From Gammaproteobacteria bacterium (GTDB taxonomy: Bacteria > Pseudomonadota > Gammaproteobacteria > Burkholderiales > SG8-39), in the NCBI GenBank assembly GCA_041486325.1, contig JBGPLD010000001.1, positions 1 to 30,563 of the forward strand: 30,563 bases of DNA, in the 5' to 3' direction. Each line of letters begins with the position of its first letter. The first letter of the stretch is position 1. The translations under genes were made by a program, and so were the position numbers. Below are positions 26,694 to 30,563 of this stretch, piece by piece. The notes under the pieces were generated by a model. The model worked only from the letters and a program-made list of their open reading frames with translations, made no database searches and was not told where the DNA came from.

Positions 26694-28766
26694 ATGAGCG
26701 GAGGTCTCTGGTTAGCCATCATCTGCGGCGCGACGGCGCTTGCCTACGGGGCTTGGCAAATATCCTGGATCCTGCAGCAGCCTGCCGGCAACGACCGCAT
26801 GCGCGAGATCGCGCAGGCCATTCAGACCGGTGCCATGGCCTACCTGAACCGCCAGTACACCACCATCGGCGTCGTCGGCGTGATCCTATTCCTGGTGATC
26901 GGCCTCGTTCCGGGGCTCGGATGGGCGACCGCTTGGGGATTCGCGGTCGGTGCGATCCTGTCGGGGACGACCGGTTATATCGGAATGAATATCTCGGTTC
27001 GCGCCAACGTGCGTACCGCGGAGGCTGCCCGGGTCGGGCTGAATGAAGCGCTGACGCTTGCCTTCCGCGGCGGTGCGATCACGGGCCTCCTCGTCGTGGG
27101 CCTCGGCTTGCTCGGTGTCGCGGGCTATTACGCAATCATGGCCAATTCAGCGGCACCCGGCGCCGCATATAGTGACATCATCAAGCCGCTTGTAGGTCTC
27201 GGATTCGGCGGGTCGCTCATTTCGATCTTCGCTCGGCTCGGCGGCGGCATCTTCACAAAGGGGGCCGACGTCGGCGCCGACCTCGTCGGCAAGGTGGAAG
27301 CGGGAATTCCCGAGGACGACCCGCGCAATCCGGCCGTGATCGCCGACAACGTCGGCGACAACGTGGGGGACTGCGCCGGCATGGCGGCGGACCTCTTCGA
27401 AACCTTTGCCGTAACTCTCATCGCGACAATGCTTCTAGGCGCCTTGGTGGTCAAGACCACCACGGACGCCGCGCTCATCTATCCGCTCGCATTGGGTGGC
27501 GTATCAATCATCGCTTCCATTATCGGCTGCATGTTCGTCAAGGCGCAGCCGGGCAAGAAGATCATGAGCGCGCTCTACCGCGGACTCATCGTCGCCGGCG
27601 TGCTCGCCGCGATCGCCTTTGTCCCCGTGACGTACTGGATCATGGGCAACGTGGTGAAGGAGGTCCCGTTCGAGATTCTCGGCTCTCAACAGATGATTAC
27701 GATCTGGCACCTGTGGGGTGCGGCGCTGGTCGGTCTGGTGCTGACCGCGCTCATGGTGATCATCACCGAGTACTACACAGCGACCGAATATTCGCCGGTG
27801 CGCCACGTAGCGCAGGCTTCCACCACAGGCCACGCGACCAACATCATTGCGGGCTTGGGCGTTTCGATGCGGGCGACGGCCTGGCCGGTACTCGCTGTGT
27901 GCGCCGCAATCCTCGTTGCCTACAATCTCGCGGGGCTCTACGGCATTGCCATCGCCGCGACTTCAATGCTGTCGATGACCGGGATAATCGTCGCGCTGGA
28001 CGCCTATGGCCCGATCACCGACAACGCCGGTGGCATTGCCGAGATGGCGAAACTGCCGGACTCGGTGCGCGCCATCACCGATCCGCTCGATGCGGTCGGC
28101 AACACCACCAAGGCAGTCACGAAAGGCTACGCCATCGGCTCGGCGGGCCTCGCGGCCCTGGTGCTCTTTGCCGACTACACGCACGCGCTCGAGCATGCCG
28201 GGAAGACGCTGTCTTTCGATCTCTCGAACTACAAGGTGATCATCGGCCTCTTTATCGGCGGTCTGGTGCCTTATTTGTTTGGCGCGATGGCGATGGAAGC
28301 GGTGGGTCGCGCCGCCGGCGCGGTGGTGATCGAAGTGCGCCGGCAGTTCAAGGAGATCCGGGGAATCATGGAGGGTACCGCGAAGCCCGAATACGGCGTC
28401 GCAGTGGACTTGCTCACGCGCGCAGCAATCAAGGAAATGATCGTGCCGTCGCTGCTTCCTGTCCTGGTGCCGATCGTGGTGGGACTGACCCTTGGGCCGC
28501 AGGCGCTCGGCGGCGTGCTCATGGGCTCGATCGTCACCGGGCTGTTTGTTGCGATCTCGATGACGACTGGCGGCGGCGCCTGGGACAACGCCAAGAAATA
28601 CATCGAGGATGGCCATCACGGCGGCAAGGGTTCCGACGCGCACAAGGCCGCGGTCACCGGCGACACGGTGGGCGATCCTTATAAGGACACGGCCGGCCCG
28701 GCGGTCAACCCGCTCATCAAGATCATCAACATCGTCGCGCTGCTGATCGTGCCGTTGATGGTCTGA
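26694..28766 (+). CDS. hppA: Membrane-integral H+-translocating pyrophosphatase, K+-independent type
   Basis: [62 protein letters not shown] (Lys = K+-independent signature), [20 protein letters not shown]. Confidence 0.95.
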   Translation: MSGGLWLAIICGATALAYGAWQISWILQQPAGNDRMREIAQAIQTGAMAYLNRQYTTIGVVGVILFLVIGLVPGLGWATAWGFAVGAILSGTTGYIGMNISVRANVRTAEAARVGLNEALTLAFRGGAITGLLVVGLGLLGVAGYYAIMANSAAPGAAYSDIIKPLVGLGFGGSLISIFARLGGGIFTKGADVGADLVGKVEAGIPEDDPRNPAVIADNVGDNVGDCAGMAADLFETFAVTLIATMLLGALVVKTTTDAALIYPLALGGVSIIASIIGCMFVKAQPGKKIMSALYRGLIVAGVLAAIAFVPVTYWIMGNVVKEVPFEILGSQQMITIWHLWGAALVGLVLTALMVIITEYYTATEYSPVRHVAQASTTGHATNIIAGLGVSMRATAWPVLAVCAAILVAYNLAGLYGIAIAATSMLSMTGIIVALDAYGPITDNAGGIAEMAKLPDSVRAITDPLDAVGNTTKAVTKGYAIGSAGLAALVLFADYTHALEHAGKTLSFDLSNYKVIIGLFIGGLVPYLFGAMAMEAVGRAAGAVVIEVRRQFKEIRGIMEGTAKPEYGVAVDLLTRAAIKEMIVPSLLPVLVPIVVGLTLGPQALGGVLMGSIVTGLFVAISMTTGGGAWDNAKKYIEDGHHGGKGSDAHKAAVTGDTVGDPYKDTAGPAVNPLIKIINIVALLIVPLMV

Positions 28767-28784
28767 TTGCGGGCGTTTGCGATG

Positions 28785-28813
28785 AAGGGCGGCCGCGACA
28801 GCTGCCCTTTTTT
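28785..28813 (+). terminator. Rho-independent terminator after hppA
   Basis: AAGGGCGGC-CGCGACA-GCTGCCCTT with a T run to 28813. Confidence 0.8.
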
Positions 28814-28816
28814 CAT

Positions 28817-29761
28817 TCAGCTGCCGAATGCGGCTTCGATTCTTTCGCTTGTCACGGTTTCCATCCCGGGTTTGAAGCAATCAAAGGTCTCGACGCCGGG
28901 CATCGAGCGCAGCCAGGTAAGCTGACGCTTCGCCAGCTGGCGCGTGGCGAAAAATCCGCGGTCGCGCAGCTCGCCGGCGCCAATACTGCCATCGAGAAAC
29001 TGCCAAGCCTGACGATAACCGACGCAGCGCATCGAAGGCAATCCAGGATGCAGTGCGTAACGATCCTTTAGTGAGCGAACTTCATCCACTAGGCCCAGCC
29101 TTAGCATCGCATCGAAGCGCGCCTCGATGCGCCGGTGCAACGCGCCGCGGTCGGACGGCACGAGCGCGAGCTGAACCAAACGGAAGGGGAGCCCCGTCCG
29201 CTTGCGCCGCCCGAGCAACTTCGACATGGGTTGTCCGGTAAGCCGGTAAATTTCCAGCGCGCGCTGAATGCGCTGCGTATCGTTCGGCTTGAGCCTCGCG
29301 GCAGTCGCGGAGTCGACGCTGGCGAGTTCCGCGTGCAAAGCCGGCCAGCCGCGCTGCGCTGCCTCGGCGTCGATCTCCGCGCGCACAGCGGCGTCGGACT
29401 GCGGCAATTCGGAAAGCCCGTCGCGGAGGGCCTTGAAGTAGAGCATCGTGCCGCCGACCAGGAGCGGGATGCGGCCGCGCGCGGAAATCTCCCGTATCAG
29501 TCCGATGGCGTCGGTGCGAAACCGGGCCGCCGAGTAGGCTTGAGTGGGCTCAATGATGTCGATCAGGTGATGGGGGACCTCGGCAAGCTCTGCCGCCGTC
29601 GGTTTGGCCGTGCCAGCGTCCAGGTCCCTATAGACCTGCGCCGAGTCGACGCTGATGATTTCGATCGGAAATCGGCGCGCGAACGCCATCGCAAGCGCGG
29701 TCTTGCCGCTTGCGGTCGGACCCATGAGCAGGACGGCCGGAGGAAGCGCCCCGCGTGACAT
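28817..29761 (-). CDS. miaA: tRNA dimethylallyltransferase
   Basis: [59 protein letters not shown]. Confidence 0.97.
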   Translation of the reverse strand: MSRGALPPAVLLMGPTASGKTALAMAFARRFPIEIISVDSAQVYRDLDAGTAKPTAAELAEVPHHLIDIIEPTQAYSAARFRTDAIGLIREISARGRIPLLVGGTMLYFKALRDGLSELPQSDAAVRAEIDAEAAQRGWPALHAELASVDSATAARLKPNDTQRIQRALEIYRLTGQPMSKLLGRRKRTGLPFRLVQLALVPSDRGALHRRIEARFDAMLRLGLVDEVRSLKDRYALHPGLPSMRCVGYRQAWQFLDGSIGAGELRDRGFFATRQLAKRQLTWLRSMPGVETFDCFKPGMETVTSERIEAAFGS

Positions 29762-29765
29762 GGAG

Positions 29766-30563
29766 CTAGCGGCCGCGCAGAAAAAGCTTGTCCAGATCCG
29801 GAAGACTCATCTGGTACCACGTCGGCCGGCCGTGATTGCACTGCCCCGAGCGCTCGGTTTCCTCCATTTCGCGCAGCAGCGCGTTCATTTCCGGCACGGT
29901 CAGGGCACGATGGGCGCGCACCGCACCGTGGCAGGAGAGGGTGGCGAGTAGCTCGTTCTGGCGTTCCGTGAGTACGCGGCTGGCGCCGTATTCGCGGATG
30001 TCTTTCAAAACCGCGCGCGCAAGCTCCGCGGCGTCGGCTGCGGCCAGCATCGCGGGCATCGCGCGCACGGCAAGCGCGGCGTGGGAGATAGGCGCGACGT
30101 CGAAGCCGAGCAATTTGAGCGTGGAGCCGTGTTCTTCGGCGGTGGCCATGTCGAGACGGTCGGCAATGAACGTCGCAGGGATGAGCAACTTTTGTGTGTT
30201 CATGGCGCGCGAATCGATCGCAGTCTTCAGCTTCTCGTAGAGAATGCGCTCGTGCGCCGCGTGCATGTCGACCAGAACGAGCCCTTGCTCGTTCTGCGCA
30301 AGAACGTAGATCCCGTGCAATTGCGCCAACGCATAGCCCAGAGGAGGCAATCCCTGGGCGCCGGACACCGGCGCGTCGTCCGGCCGGGTCGCGCGAGCCG
30401 GGGCGAACATTGCGGTATAGCTGGCACTTGGCTGCGCCAGGCCGAGCGCGGTCTGGACAAAGCGCGGCTGCGTCGCGTGCGACGCCAGGGCAACCGGAGA
30501 GGCGAGCGCTGCGGGAGTCTCGGCCGCGGTTCCGGAAAGCCCCTTGGCGACCGCGTGCAGCAC
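29766..30563 (-). CDS. mutL: DNA mismatch repair endonuclease MutL, 3' portion (5' end beyond the window)
   Basis: [50 protein letters not shown]; upstream of miaA. Confidence 0.96.
   Translation of the reverse strand: MLHAVAKGLSGTAAETPAALASPVALASHATQPRFVQTALGLAQPSASYTAMFAPARATRPDDAPVSGAQGLPPLGYALAQLHGIYVLAQNEQGLVLVDMHAAHERILYEKLKTAIDSRAMNTQKLLIPATFIADRLDMATAEEHGSTLKLLGFDVAPISHAALAVRAMPAMLAAADAAELARAVLKDIREYGASRVLTERQNELLATLSCHGAVRAHRALTVPEMNALLREMEETERSGQCNHGRPTWYQMSLPDLDKLFLRGR

Overview
GC-rich betaproteobacterial chromosomal segment, mostly housekeeping. Lineage is inferred from synteny (purN-rsmB-like-desA; rpmB/rpmG-radC-coaBC-dut; clpA-clpS-csp-icd; xseA / exbBD-lpxK-ycaR-kdsB-adk). 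I support 36 CDS, the last (mutL) truncated by the window edge. Two real short genes are not correctly delimited in the ORF track: rpmG (absent) and a 32-aa membrane peptide (buried in a longer ORF). Several track ORFs need shorter starts. I saw no rRNA, tRNA, CRISPR array, integrase or intact transposase. The most notable signal is non-coding: the xseA/exbB divergent intergenic region holds three DnaA boxes in a 9-3-9-5-9 arrangement (two tandem, one inverted), plus a fourth box and IHF/Fis-like sites, resembling the E. coli DARS core. Other points of interest: a type II (eukaryote/alphaproteobacteria-like) NADP-IDH at the cspD locus, two tandem exported Lys-rich miniproteins, a PPi module (adk-pfp-hppA), a monoheme flavocytochrome c sulfide dehydrogenase pair, a heme-less PuuD-like protein coupled to a micropeptide, and a dRS3/REP-like repeat. 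All family calls come from motif recognition by eye; no database searches were run.
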